Positions 49,601 through 61,256 of a stretch of DNA of 64,000 bases are shown one piece after another (position 1 is the first letter of the stretch; the number at the start of each line of letters is the position of its first letter). The stretch lies in the NCBI GenBank assembly GCA_905178155.1, contig CAJINV010000003.1:8724179-8788178 (forward strand), written 5' to 3'. Position numbers and translations under genes: made by a program. Under the pieces are notes generated by a model. That model searched no databases. It was given only the letters and a program-made list of their open reading frames with translations, and had not been told where the DNA came from. This DNA is from Amoebophrya sp. A120. Its lineage: Eukaryota; Protista; Dinoflagellata.

Positions 49601-50789
49601 CCATGTGGAGGTTGTCTGCCGTTTCTCTCTCGAAAAGCTTCCGAAGTTTTGGGTTTTTTTCAAGCATGCGTGTGTAGTGGGCCAGCTTCGCCTCTGATAT
49701 GTCAGACGACCGATTCACGGCTTGTGGACTAGCCGGAAGGACCCCGTCTCCTTTGTTTCCACGAAAATTGCCAATCATTGACAACGTGTCACCTCCACGT
49801 GCCACGCTTGCAGCTACAGTTGTATCCGAGGTAGCAACAACAGCGTCAGCAAAATCATCAGTCCCTCCATCCGTTTCGAGGACAACATTTCCATCTACTC
49901 GAGTGCGACCTCCTGCATCCTCCTCTGTGCGCACGTAAAGATCTGCACTCGTTTTGACCAGGCGTATGTCGAATGGCCCGAAGTCAGCAAAGCAAGCGCG
50001 CAGCTTTTCTACATGTTCAGCGAAGCCAATGGCAGTGTCAGGGGGGAAATCGTATGAAATTCGACGCAGATCAAGAATACCCGCATTACATATTCTTGCT
50101 GAGTTTTGTTTTTCTACTTAAGTATCTTATTGAGTCGCGGAAGTCGAATTGGTTGATTTTGGAGCAGTCGCAGCTTGCTACCTCCTCGTCGCTTTCCCCT
50201 GCTCAATTAGCATGGGAAACAACGGGGGCCGCTTGTGGAGGGGCGGGCGGTTAGGGTCAAGCTCAACAAAGACAGAGAATCGCTGCTGACCAGCAAAACG
50301 GCAGCACAGCAGAGTGCTGACAGCAGCAGGAGCTGAGTGACAGACAATTCACTCTATCGTGGTGGGGAAAATAAGGAAATTCAAATTTATCATTTGCCAT
50401 GCAACTTCTACGCTGAGACATCATTACTAGGCAAGGACGCAAGAACTGAGTTACGGATCAAAAGGCTTCCGTTCCGTTGATATCCCAACTGACACTCCCA
50501 TAAAGCCGCCCTGCACCGCAAGGACGCCAATGACGCCGCGGCTCTGGATTCCGGAAGCTGGTGACGAGGAAGGTCGTGACTTTCTGTCGCTTGTCATGAC
50601 ACTTACCACGAAGGGCCCGCTCTCCTCTTCCCGTTGGACTGCCATGCTCGTCTCCATGCAGTCGGTACGCACGACACGGCGGACTGGTTCGGATATTTTA
50701 TTTTGAAAGTAGTCTTTTGACTGAATTGTAGTGCAACCGACTGTATCCTGTGCAAAAGTATCGCACTCGTATAAATCCGCTACTGGCAT
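46612..50789 (-). CDS. PDX2: pyridoxal 5'-phosphate synthase glutaminase subunit (PDX2/SNO), greatly expanded
   Basis: Removing four introners leaves 2739 nt in one frame: IGVLAVQGGFAEH, DGLILPGGESTAM, VWGTCAGCILLA, RNYFGRQVDSF, IFIRAP, IVAVRAGHVLGTCFHPEL, HRYFL. Start codon uncertain. Confidence 0.93.
46958..47280. mobile_element. TIR introner
   Basis: ~30-bp TIR TATC..aag.aaaa..cccccTCCCCATAT; perfect TSD CAAGC; restores FHPEL-V. Confidence 0.95.
47331..47641. mobile_element. TIR introner
   Basis: ~45-bp TIR TATGa.a...tcag..tggaaatcctcaa.gtg.aaataatttgtg; perfect TSD CGGCC. Confidence 0.96.
47708..48017. mobile_element. TIR introner
   Basis: ~55-bp TIR TATGga.gtgtcag.atcgaaat.gacaaaatcgaaaaatttg..atgca; perfect TSD GCTCC. 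Confidence 0.96.
50028..50502. mobile_element. TIR introner
   Basis: AATGgcagtgtcag / TATGggagtgtcag; perfect TSD AAGCC; restores VQGG-FAEH. Confidence 0.94.
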
Positions 50790-50794
50790 GAATA

Positions 50795-51935
50795 TAACTT
50801 CTCACCAACTTCCCAACAACTTATGATCAACTTCTTCCCAACCTTTTCACCAACTTCCCAGCTGTTGAGAAGTTGGCGTAGACCGCTTGCCGCGGTTGTT
50901 CCGACGCTTGACGCAGAGTTGAAATCCACGCGAAGCTCCTGACAGGCTTCCGGCTAGGACGTCTCAGAAGGAATATCCCGGGCCTCGATTCGTGGCCGCA
51001 CGTAAAAAGCACGCCGACGCCGCATTTTGCGGCAAGCGCGGCGCGTTACATCAATTAATGCACAAAGCAATAACTCACTTCTCAACAACATCTCTACGCA
51101 CTTCATCTTACCAGCTTCGCGACGAACATTCCGGCGCATTCTGCGGCAAGCTTTGAGCTTTTGGAGGCGTCATGCTAATTCTTGCATGACGCCTCCAAAA
51201 GCTTAAAGCTTGCTGCGAAGTGCGTCGGGAAGTTCGTCGCGAAGCTGTTGAGAAGTGCGTGGAGAAGTTGTTGAGAAGTGAGCTATTGATTTGCGCATTA
51301 CTTGATGTAGGGCGCACGCAAACTCGCGTTTTTTTGTGAAAACAAATAAAACGCAGACAATATATCAATTGATTAGCTGAGTAATTAGCTGCTCAGCTAA
51401 TCAATTAATTAATCAGCGCCAGGCGAGAATGGCCGGCGTTCAAAGCTTGCCCGCCCAAGCCGCGCGCAGCTCCACATCGCCGAGGGAAGCTGTCTTCCGC
51501 TTCCGGCGATTCTTTCTTTGATGGCTGCACGCAGGACAGATGCGCGCGCGCAGAAATCACGGTCGCGCGGCCTGCCGCCTCTTGTATACGGCTTTGCGCG
51601 TGGTTCCGTCGTGCTAACTGATGAAACTGCACTGCAGATAAACGGACAGAACAAGACTGCGGTCTTCTTTCCATTTATCTGCAGCGCTGTTCCTTCCAGC
51701 TCTTGCAGCTGCAGTGGCAACTGCAAGCAGCGAGCACGATATAACTCGCAGCGACGGAGTGACGCGACGCGTCGCTTGGTCGAGGCGAGAACGACGCCAG
51801 CATGTCGCGGCGCGACGCCACTTCTCACCGAAGTTGGTGCGGAAGTCGGTGAGAAGTGGCGCGCGCCACTTCTCACCGACTTCCGCACCAACTTCGCAAC
51901 CAACTTCGCAACCGACTTCTCACCGACTTGTCCGT
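50795..51935. repeat. palindrome-rich region with ~11-12-bp (A/G)ACTTC repeats
   Basis: ACTTC-unit arrays at 50796-50860 and 51820-51930, inverted at ~51215-51280; hairpins 51143-51216, 51367-51406 and ~51632-51686; perfect 68-bp palindrome 51829-51896. Confidence 0.85.
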
Positions 51936-52456
51936 CAGATTCTGCATAGAAATTTTAGCGGATTTATACGAGTACGATACTTTTGCACAGGATAGACTGG
52001 GCGGTGCTTCTTATCTGTTCTGAAAATGAGTAGAAACGAAGTTCCAACTCGTAAGGGAAGCTCACTGCTTAGCAAAGAAAGTAGAAGCAAGTAGTACAAA
52101 TAGCGCCATCAACTACATGATCAAAAAAATACAACTACAAGGACATTAGATTGGATGGAAGGCTTAAAGGTATGCGAGCCGTTTCCGGATCCGGGGTTGA
52201 GAACTGCATATTTTGTTCGAAACGAACCAATGAAATAAAAAAGAGACAGAAGCTACTGCGTGCTCATCTTAAGCTTAACTACGGATCAAACAAGGTAACG
52301 GGCTCGTTCGACATGATATGTGCATTCGCATGTTTCCGATACCGATACACACAATGAGATGAAGGCTACTACATCAGTGTAGTGTCAGCTCCTGCCTGGA
52401 CAGCACGTGGAAAACAAATAACCGATCATCACCACAAGTAGAATCGTATTCACATA

Positions 52457-52534
52457 GGTGGCCAATTCAAATATTGGATCTGCTCTCTACTTTTTGGTGA
52501 CCAATTCAAATATTGGATCTGCTCTCTACTTTTT
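52457..52534. repeat. 39-bp tandem duplication
   Basis: ggtg(g/a)ccaattcaaatattggatctgctctctacttttt x2 with one mismatch. Confidence 0.9.
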
Positions 52535-54717
52535 GAAAGATCCAAATCGTACCAGCTTTGCTTTCGGAATCGAAACTTAGTAGACGATAGCGATGGTCAT
52601 GATCGTGAAATAACATACCCCCACTGTGACGCTGTGGTTGCTGCCGCTGCGCTTGGAAAAGAACAAAAAGAGTTTATCCTCTGCATGAGCGCTGTGCGTG
52701 CCTAATAGGGCGGAAACCGAAACCGGAGGAGCCAACACAAATCTCAAGGAGGACTGTGTTCCTGGCTATAGAAGCTCAAAAAGATTTGGATTGTACTAGT
52801 CACGTCTCTTCTACTTCTCGATCTTCCTAGCCTTCGCCTTGATGTTATGTAGTGGGGGAGTGAATAGTGACGATTCCGGATGATTCTGCAGTTCCACTCT
52901 GGCTGTGGGCATCGTGCCACAGCCTCTGCCTCTATTCGTGAGAGTGAAAAATTTGACCTCGATGATCAGCTTCCACATCTTTACGAGAAGTATTCGTTCT
53001 TTGCCACTGCGGCTCAGCAAGTTGCTTAGTTAGGTGTTGTATTATTTTCAAGCATCTGTACTACAGATATTAGAGCATACGAAAGCTTGACGCTGCACCT
53101 GCAGGCACCTTCTTTATTTGCGGCTACTGTTTGATGTCTAAGTGCATGCACCTGGACCTGGCTTCGCTGTGGTAGATCCTCAGATCAGTAAAGCGGCCTA
53201 CTTGTGTCTCAGTACTTTCCATCCGCCACGTAAGACATCGATACACAGGATCGGTCCGACGGGTGCCTGCAGTCGCTGCTTGCAGAGCAGTCTCACCTGT
53301 GAGCAAACCTCTTTCGTCGAGACTATTTGGCGTTACTGTTAGAAGCTGAAGAAGTAGCCAAGGTAGTAGAGCCTTGGAGTTTATGTCTAGTTAGGCTGGC
53401 TTCTGAGTCATGCTTCGGGCGGAATATTAGTAGCCACTTGCACTGACTGTAACGCTAGAAATAACCAAGGAGATTGCTGTTCTGTGAAAATGTGAATGTC
53501 TCTTCTTGATATTAAAAGACAATCTTCATCCGTACAATTGCTCATGGGTGGTTGTATGGCGATGCTGCGCTGCCTGTGCCTAAGAACTCGTGAAGCACCG
53601 CGTTACTAGCTAGGACCACATAGCGCTAGCGACGCCCATGGTTGTTGAGGTCGGTGTCGCCACCTTCGTTCATCTTCCTTGTCATTTTTTACCCGCATGC
53701 GCACTCTAGGGCCGAACGATGTGGAATTCGATCTATGTCGATCTGTGCGTGCTAGCTGTGTTTTCGGGTGTGCCACGCCTATTACTGCTGGTGCCGATTT
53801 GCAAGAACAGATAGACCTTCCGGGGGACTGGCACACGCCTACAACGTAGACAACAAATCAGACGTTGACTACGTTGTACTCTGTGTCAGTTAACAACTAA
53901 AAAACTTAAATCTTCGTGATGGGGTGGTTCCTTTCAAAAAAAAAAAAATAGAGCACGGAGCGAGTCCTTGTGGCCAGTTGTATCACCAATTTTTCATCTT
54001 GTCGATTTTCCTGTTTAGAGGAAGATTGCTGGCAAGGCGCTGACGCTGCTGCGAGTGTCACAATGCGCGAGCACACTAGGAAGTGGTAGCAATTTTACTT
54101 CGGGGAATGATAATTTCGTCGGAGTAGAGGTTCTTTATTCCTTCGTGGCATTCATAAATTCAATACGCTTACCTTATTTTCTTGGCCCTGATATAGTATT
54201 AGTATGAAATGAAAAATGGGCTTGAGCTTGATTATCGGTATACTTGTTAAGAAATAATCTGAGCTGTCCTTTGTGAGTATATACGTTTATAAAATACTTG
54301 GTGTTATGAAATAGTTAAGGGTAAAAAAGAAAAAAGAAGTGGCGCAGAGCTCTTTTCGCGCACCGTTAAGAAGATTGAAGCTGCAACATCTACATCTGAT
54401 GCATCATCAAGCACGACGTCATGATGACGCTTCAGCTATTTCTTTGTCGTAGATGTTGAGTAGAGATGAAGGTCGTGACGCGTTGGCCTCAACTGGAGGA
54501 TTCCGAACAGAAGAATTATGCTGAAGAGATCCCCTCTAGCTCTAGGAGATCTTCGTCTTCTAGCTAATCGTTTGTTCTACAAGCAGGCTCCTGGGGCGCT
54601 CTATCATGGCGTCGGTCATCCCCCAACTTGTTGTATCTTCATCTCTGAGTGCGGAAAAAAGTCGGGCAGTGACTGGTGTCAGCACCATCTTCCATCTTTT
54701 TATCTTCAGCAAGCTTT

Positions 54718-57377
54718 TTACTGTTGGGCGCCGGCACCGCTGGCCTGGTTCTGCGTGTCTCCTGGCGTTTGTCCATTGTTTTGCTGCTGCGTCCGGTAAT
54801 TCAAAACGGTCCAGTCGAAAATGAAATCGTACTGAATCTGCTCCCGGCAAAAGAGATCTGGGTTTTGTGATTGAGGAGTTGAATTATGATGCAATACTGA
54901 TTGGACGGGGATAAACAGTGGGAGAGAAGTACAACAATAAGCATAGCGAAGTAAACTAAAACCTAAACTAACATCCGTTGCTGTGGTTCAGGCTAGGTTT
55001 GCGATGATGCCACAATAAATTATCCCTCGGATTAGGATGTGAGACACAAAAAAACGGCAAGCACACCGACAACACGCACTGCATGAAAGTCTTGACTTTT
55101 GCAACTCCATGTTGTATACTTACCTTTCATCAATCGCCGCAGGTAGGCATAGTCTGGTCGATCTTCGAAGCGGAGTCCGCGGCAGTAGCCGAGGTAGGTA
55201 ATGAACTCCGACGGGAAGTGCTTGCACAGCGTCTCGATTGGTGTTGCCATTTTTTTCTCCATAATCTTTTCGTACTTTTCTTTCTTCCCTACAGCACGCA
55301 GCCCTGCGCGAATGTTTTGAGTTTTTTTGTTCATGCCTACTGCTCAATGAATCGTGACTTCTGGTGTAGTTCATCAACTAATACGTTTTTCTTCGTCCAT
55401 TCGTGCTTTCCATTTGCGAGGACGAGGAGTGCGAGAAAAATCATCGATGGCCAGGTACCGAGAGTGAGCCCAGCAGCCAGAACGGTATAGCTACAAAGTC
55501 ATAGATCTAGATCAAGGGCAAGCAGAAGCTGCACGAGGACCACGATCCACCCTGTTGTCATGTGTCAAAAAATAGAGGCAACAAACTTCCTGGAAAACTT
55601 TCTGTACCTTGCCACGGTAGGCTCCCTCGGTTGAAGTACATCAGCACGTATCCAACAGCCTCTAAGTCATCTCGTCGTGATTGTTCGATGCCCAAGTGTG
55701 TATTGATCGAAGCGTATCGTGCCGTTCCGGTCAGGTTTTTGTTTTCTCTGTAGGGGATGTGCTGCTGGCTCTTTGGGTCTCGGTACTTTTTTGCGAGTCC
55801 AAAGTCGATGATGTGCACCATGTTTGCTTTTTTACCTGTCGTTTGAAATCGAATTGGCGTTATTCGTTTGCTGTCACACACTTGCAAACTCGGCCTCACA
55901 TTTACAATGTAAAAGGTGTCGTGACTCGTTCAGCCGGACCAGGTACCAAAACAAAATGCAAATGGGTAGAAGAAAACCAAACAAAGTATGTCCAAGTAGC
56001 GATAGCAGTACCCAATCCGATAAGAAAGTTGTCCGGCTTGATATCACGGTGCAGAAAGTTCTTCGTGTGCATGTACTCTACCCGATTGATCATCTGGTCC
56101 GCAAGCATTACCTACAGTTTTCGTCCGTTTTTATCTACTTGCTCCGCTTTATTGAAAAAGGTCTGCCTTCCACAACTCCGCACGGCGTGCACTTAAGCTC
56201 CTTGAGGAGCTGTGCTGTCACTGTCTACATGTCTACTACTGCTTATGGATGCATACAAAATAATAGCCGTCGTGTGTATAGGAGCATTCTCATTCACACA
56301 GAGAGGCAAATAGGTATGCGGTGGCGACACGAGAAGCAGATACCAGTGACACGAGATCGAGGCGAGGTCGTCCATCTTGAAAAAAATCAGCTACTTTCTT
56401 ACCACTGTTTTCAGCGAGAACTTCCGCCCACAGAAGGAAAACAAATCTTCCAAGCTGGGCCCTAGCAGGTCGATCACCATCACATTGTAATCGCCTTCCA
56501 CGCCGTACCTGAAGTTGAATGAAGTGCAAGTAGGTGTTGAAGTATCACCTTTCCTGTGAGCGATATGCAGCTATGCATCATCGAGATCGACATCGAGTTC
56601 GTCGTCGAGGCGATAAAATTATAACTTTATCAAAAAGACGAGAAAAAAATCACGCCACCTCTTGGCCGTCTATTCGTATTTTTCTGACTATTTGTTGCAT
56701 ATAGGCAACACGTCGATGGCGTGGTCATTGTTGTTTCTATTTGTTTTTGTTGTCCCTACCTCAACGCGAAGTAAATAACTTGTACCACGCATCATGCATC
56801 AGCAACATCATGACAATAATCAAACAACAGGCTCATCATGCACGAGCACGAGCAGTTGCTTTCTGAAAGATTCGAATACCAGTGCAAGTTTGGTATGCCG
56901 ACGCCGCCGGACATAATTTTGTACAACTTGCTTTCGTACAGAAGCTGTGGGTGCCGCGACTTGATGCTTTCCAACTTGATAGCAACTTCCTCGCCCGTTT
57001 GGATGTCTGCCCCAAGGTAAATGTCTCCGAAACTCCCGGAGCCAATTTTGTGCCGCAGTCTGTACTTGTTACCTGTTGACGTGGAATACACAAAAATCAT
57101 GGTTTTTATTTTTTTGTTGCGCAAAGAACGAAGCTCATGGCATGGCGAGGCACACGAATCGTGTGAGAGGCATACTCGTTTTCATCCGGATCTCGATATC
57201 ATGAGTTCTACGACCCGCACTTCTAAAACAAAGACACCAGCCAGGACGTCCATGTCATCTTCATGCTGATCATTCTCCTGATAAATATTTCTCGTAGCAA
57301 TCCACCATCTAGCATCGTGTAGTTTATTTTCACTGCGCACCAAGCAAGTATGAAAATGTACCAACGCGGAGCTCCAT
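54718..57377 (-). CDS. CK1: casein kinase 1
   Basis: Seven exons with all introns GT-AG; first exon 57377-57362 (MELRVG); [79 protein letters not shown]. Confidence 0.98.
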
Positions 57378-59384
57378 GTTCATATTTTCCCGGCCGGAGC
57401 CCGAAGACCGGTAATTCGACGAGTCGTTCATGTTGATGTTCTTCGTAGAAACCACGAATGCTTTTTGTATTCCTCAACACTCACACCGTTGTCGTATGGA
57501 CGTAACCAAATATGGCTCCTTCTTGCCCAAATGTTGAAGTTGTGAAGTTGATAATAATCAAATATTGAATGTGAATTTATGTTTAACTCGGAAGCTGCTG
57601 GACCTTCAGCCTGAACCTTAATCAATGTGCTTATCTTATGACCAGGCGAAAAAAGAAAGCGCTGCAGTGCTCCTCCGACAGCGCACGTTATAAATGTGTA
57701 ATGGCTTCTCCGCGCTCACGAACGGCCGCGCCAGTTGTAAACTACAAGAAGCGCACCTTCCTAAGTCTAACTCGTTTGTTAGAAATACTAATATAGCACT
57801 GCGGCTTTCTTTTGTCGTCGTTTTGGTATTTTCGCAGGTTATAAATAAGCCGTAGCAGTTCTACAGTTTTTCACCTCTTTTTCCGGTCTCACGTGGTAAC
57901 GGAGTAGATTTACTTATGTCACACACCAGGTCTGACAGCTGCGAAAGGACAAGAAGAGGACCTCTCCTTGTGTTCTTGTGTTTTAGGCTGATCTAGCTTG
58001 TTGTCCGTTTGTTTTCTTTGATGTTGCCCTCTGTTTCGACAACTGACAGTTGTCGAAAAAAAACTACCGCTCCACTATTTACACACCGTGGGCTCTCGAT
58101 ATATCGAAGTGTCGTGTTGTGGAACGTTATCAAAAAGGGTCGCTTTTGAAATTGAACTTAAACAAAATAGAGAGCGCGGGAAGATATTAAAGAAGCATAA
58201 AATAGAAGTGAAAAATGACACGTCGCAGGGGTGAAAGAACGACTCGAGATCGAAAAATAGGCTACCGAGAGAGATGTTGAATGAGGTGACTTAACTGCGG
58301 AATCCGCTGTGATGCAGTCTACTGGGTTATATATTTGCGTCGGAAAAATGATGGAGAGGGGTGAGATTTTTTATGATTCTACGCTCTTGTTTGTTCGATT
58401 TCTTCGATAAAAAAATGGGTGTTATTAGAAAAGTAAAAGGCCCAGCGTCGAAATACCAAAATATTCTTACGGTCTAATGATTAGTCCTCTTATTTGGCAA
58501 TAACAACTAATCAGTACACAGCTTCGGAGTTCCAGCGTAGTCATCAAAGACATTCACGCGCTAGTTGTATTTTGGTTCCTGCAAAACAAAGAAGAAGAAC
58601 ATTGCTTTCATAGGAGATAGCCGACTGGTGACTCCCTCAGCTTGGGACGGATCTGATTTTACTTACGATAGGAATAGACCCAAAAATCTTCCCAACAGCT
58701 ATACAATATTTTATGCAGACGGAGGGCTCAACTTTTTGTTCGTTTTTTTTTTTTCTTGCGCTCGTGGTCGTCAGAACCCAGAAAGGAGCAACTACATTTA
58801 GATTTATTTGACCAGACATGCTACTAATTTACAGATCCTCGTCGATGCCGGTCCCTGCGCGACTCAGAATCCATTTCGATCTACTGGCCAGACTGCGTAT
58901 TTTTTGTGGCATATAGATACAGAGAAATAAGACTCCAACACATGGGGTCGATATCGAATTTTTATGATCTTCCTCTTTGATTTTCATCCGAGGAGTGTGA
59001 TCCGCTGGCTACTTACCTCTTGCAGGAGAGAAGTCCGACGCTGCTCATTGTCATTCTTTCAAGCTCAGCTCGTGCGTCCACCTGCTTGCTAACTTTGATC
59101 CTGTTCTTGATCCAACTACTCAAAAGGTATTTTGGTTTTCGTTTTGCCTCAGCGATACAACCGCGCATTCTCATGCTAAAGAAAGAAGAACGACGGTAAG
59201 TATACTTTCCAGCAGGAAACTGTAACCACTTCACATTGATTTTCAAAACAGTGATGGACTGAGTTTGTTGCAGTCGGCAACGTGCGTCTTTAATCTGCGC
59301 GGCAACCAATCGACTCTAGGAATCGATCAGTAGGGCTAGGGTTCTCTTACAAGCATAATAGAAAAGCAATTTTTTCTATTCGTT

Positions 59385-61256
59385 TTAGCCGAGCAAATCA
59401 AGTAGATCTTCTTCTTCGGCATTCCGAGGAACCGGGCCAGCACTCCCGGCAGCACCTTGCTCGTCGAGGTCTCTACGCACACTATCCAGCGCTGTTTTGT
59501 GCTCGGCATTTGCTTGCTTGAGCACAATGGGTTTCGCACGCTCCTTCGGCGAGTCGCCTTGCCGCATTAAAACTGAAGTTGTAAATAATTTGCGTGCGAT
59601 TCGTGTTTCCCTTCATCATGAAGCGAGGTGGTACACTAACTAGATGACCATCATGGGAGGGAGACAAAACAAAGGAGCGAAGGGCGGCTGCAAGATGCAG
59701 CTGAGGCCGAGGGAATCCACACGAACAGCTGGGGGAGCTCCTGCCTGGTGCCTCAGAGGACCAGAAGAGATCCTTTACCTTGCTTGCAAAGGAAAAGATT
59801 CTTGGCTCCCACTCCCACTCCTACTTCATCCAGACGAAAATCGAACTAGTTGCTAGATGGACAAGATGATGACGTTGGCCTTTGTGCCATTTGACGAACA
59901 TCAACATGGAAGTGGAAAAAGTGAAAAAATAAATGCGCCTCGGTGATACCGACATTCTCCGTATCGAACATGCGGTCGCCTTGAAAGAGATTATTGAAGT
60001 GAAATGTATCTGAGTCGTCCGCTGGCTTTGATGGCCCGAGCACGGCCGCTAGGTTGTTTAGCTGATCAACTGCGTTCCGTTTGGCAGTGCGTGGCGATAC
60101 CATTCCGGAGGACCGCCCAAGATGCTGGCTCTCACTTCCGGAGGATCTTGCACCCGCAGAGTTGTAACCTGAAGAAAAACACAAACAATAATAAAATCAA
60201 GGAGAAAAGCGAAGGCATGACTACCGAGATGATGTAGTCAAAAGTTGGTACACCAAAAAACAATGGCAACAAAACAATACTCAATGCCGACGCTGCAACT
60301 ATAACGGGGCTCCTAGTCGCATGATCATCCACGAGGATGCGCAAGCCATACTGCTACTTACTAGAAGTGCCCACGAATGAATCACAGGCTTGTAGTTTTG
60401 ATCGATTATCGTCACAACTGTGCTGCGACTTACCTTTTTCCCCGCTCTTGGATGCGTTTTTTGCGTATAAATTCGTCCCCAACTCGCTCCAATTAGCAGA
60501 GCCCGGATTTACTCTCGCCACCCGCTGCTGGTTCACGAAATAGACGCCATGTCCGCTAACCATTCCATCTAACAGCTCTTCGCGCAAGTCCTGCTGAAGA
60601 TACGTCACCGTTCCGGGAGGCAGCGAGTTGAAAGGTAGGCTCCCACCGAGCGGCACGACGATGGCCCCATCCTGGTTTTGTGTTTCGTCTTGAAGGAAGA
60701 GGCTGACCTTTACCCGGCGATCTTGCAGAAACGCTGCCAATTGCATTCGGAGCTCTCGGAAAGCGTACATGGACATAGAGTTGAACAGCCCTTGAAACAT
60801 TTCTTCCCCTTGCGCAATCAGCGCGAGCAGCTCGTTGTTGTCATTGCCCGCGATGCGTTTGCAGGCGTGGAGATGGTTCCACGCGACGTCGCACAGCTCC
60901 TCACCACTGCTGCAGCAGAGAAATTGGTACTTGAAACCCATGGTGATGAGGTCCATGAGCTTGTCCATACTGCTTTCGTTCAGTCGCATGATGCTGGAGT
61001 GCGCAAGCCGGTCAAAAACCTGCCGGCAACTGTGCAGCGAAAACACCTCCTGGGGGCGGAACAGCTCCTCAAGGAAACGTGGAAAAAACATGCTCTTGAT
61101 AACGTCGTGTAGCACCTTCTCGCCCTTCTGGGGGGCGATTTTCTGTGCCTCTAGTCGCTGCTCCAAAATGTAAATCATTTCTCCTCCCATGCACAGGATC
61201 AGCAGGGGCATCACCTGCAGGCTGCCGGAAATCGTGCCAGGAGTCACACCTGCCAT
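59385..61256 (-). CDS. OSCP1: OSCP1 (organic solute carrier partner 1) family protein
   Basis: MGGEMIYILEQRL, ELFRPQ, FDRLAHSSIMRLNESSMDKLMDLITMGFKYQ, VKVSLFL, LGTNLY and C-terminal EDLLDLL; two GT-AG introns. Confidence 0.92.

Noticed and set aside
33342-50789. SUOX and PDX2 as frameshifted pseudogenes or stop-codon readthrough genes
   Set aside because: Each break coincides with a TIR+TSD element or a GT-AG intron, and catalytic residues are intact.
50795-51935. CRISPR array or protein-coding repeat (ORFs 51409-51903, 51518-51949)
   Set aside because: Short degenerate units without unique spacers, no cas genes, eukaryotic context; the mirrored peptides arise from the palindrome.
52000-54700. 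Genes in 52000-54700, 31500-33300, 20500-21950 and 57600-59300
   Set aside because: Only short ORFs without recognisable motifs; fragmented genes may exist but cannot be supported.
5113-61173. Many long plus-strand ORFs (e.g. 6356-7264, 7703-8491, 14951-15589, 55681-56196)
   Set aside because: They lie antisense to real minus-strand exons, have shadow-like S/C/R-rich composition and contain no recognisable motifs.
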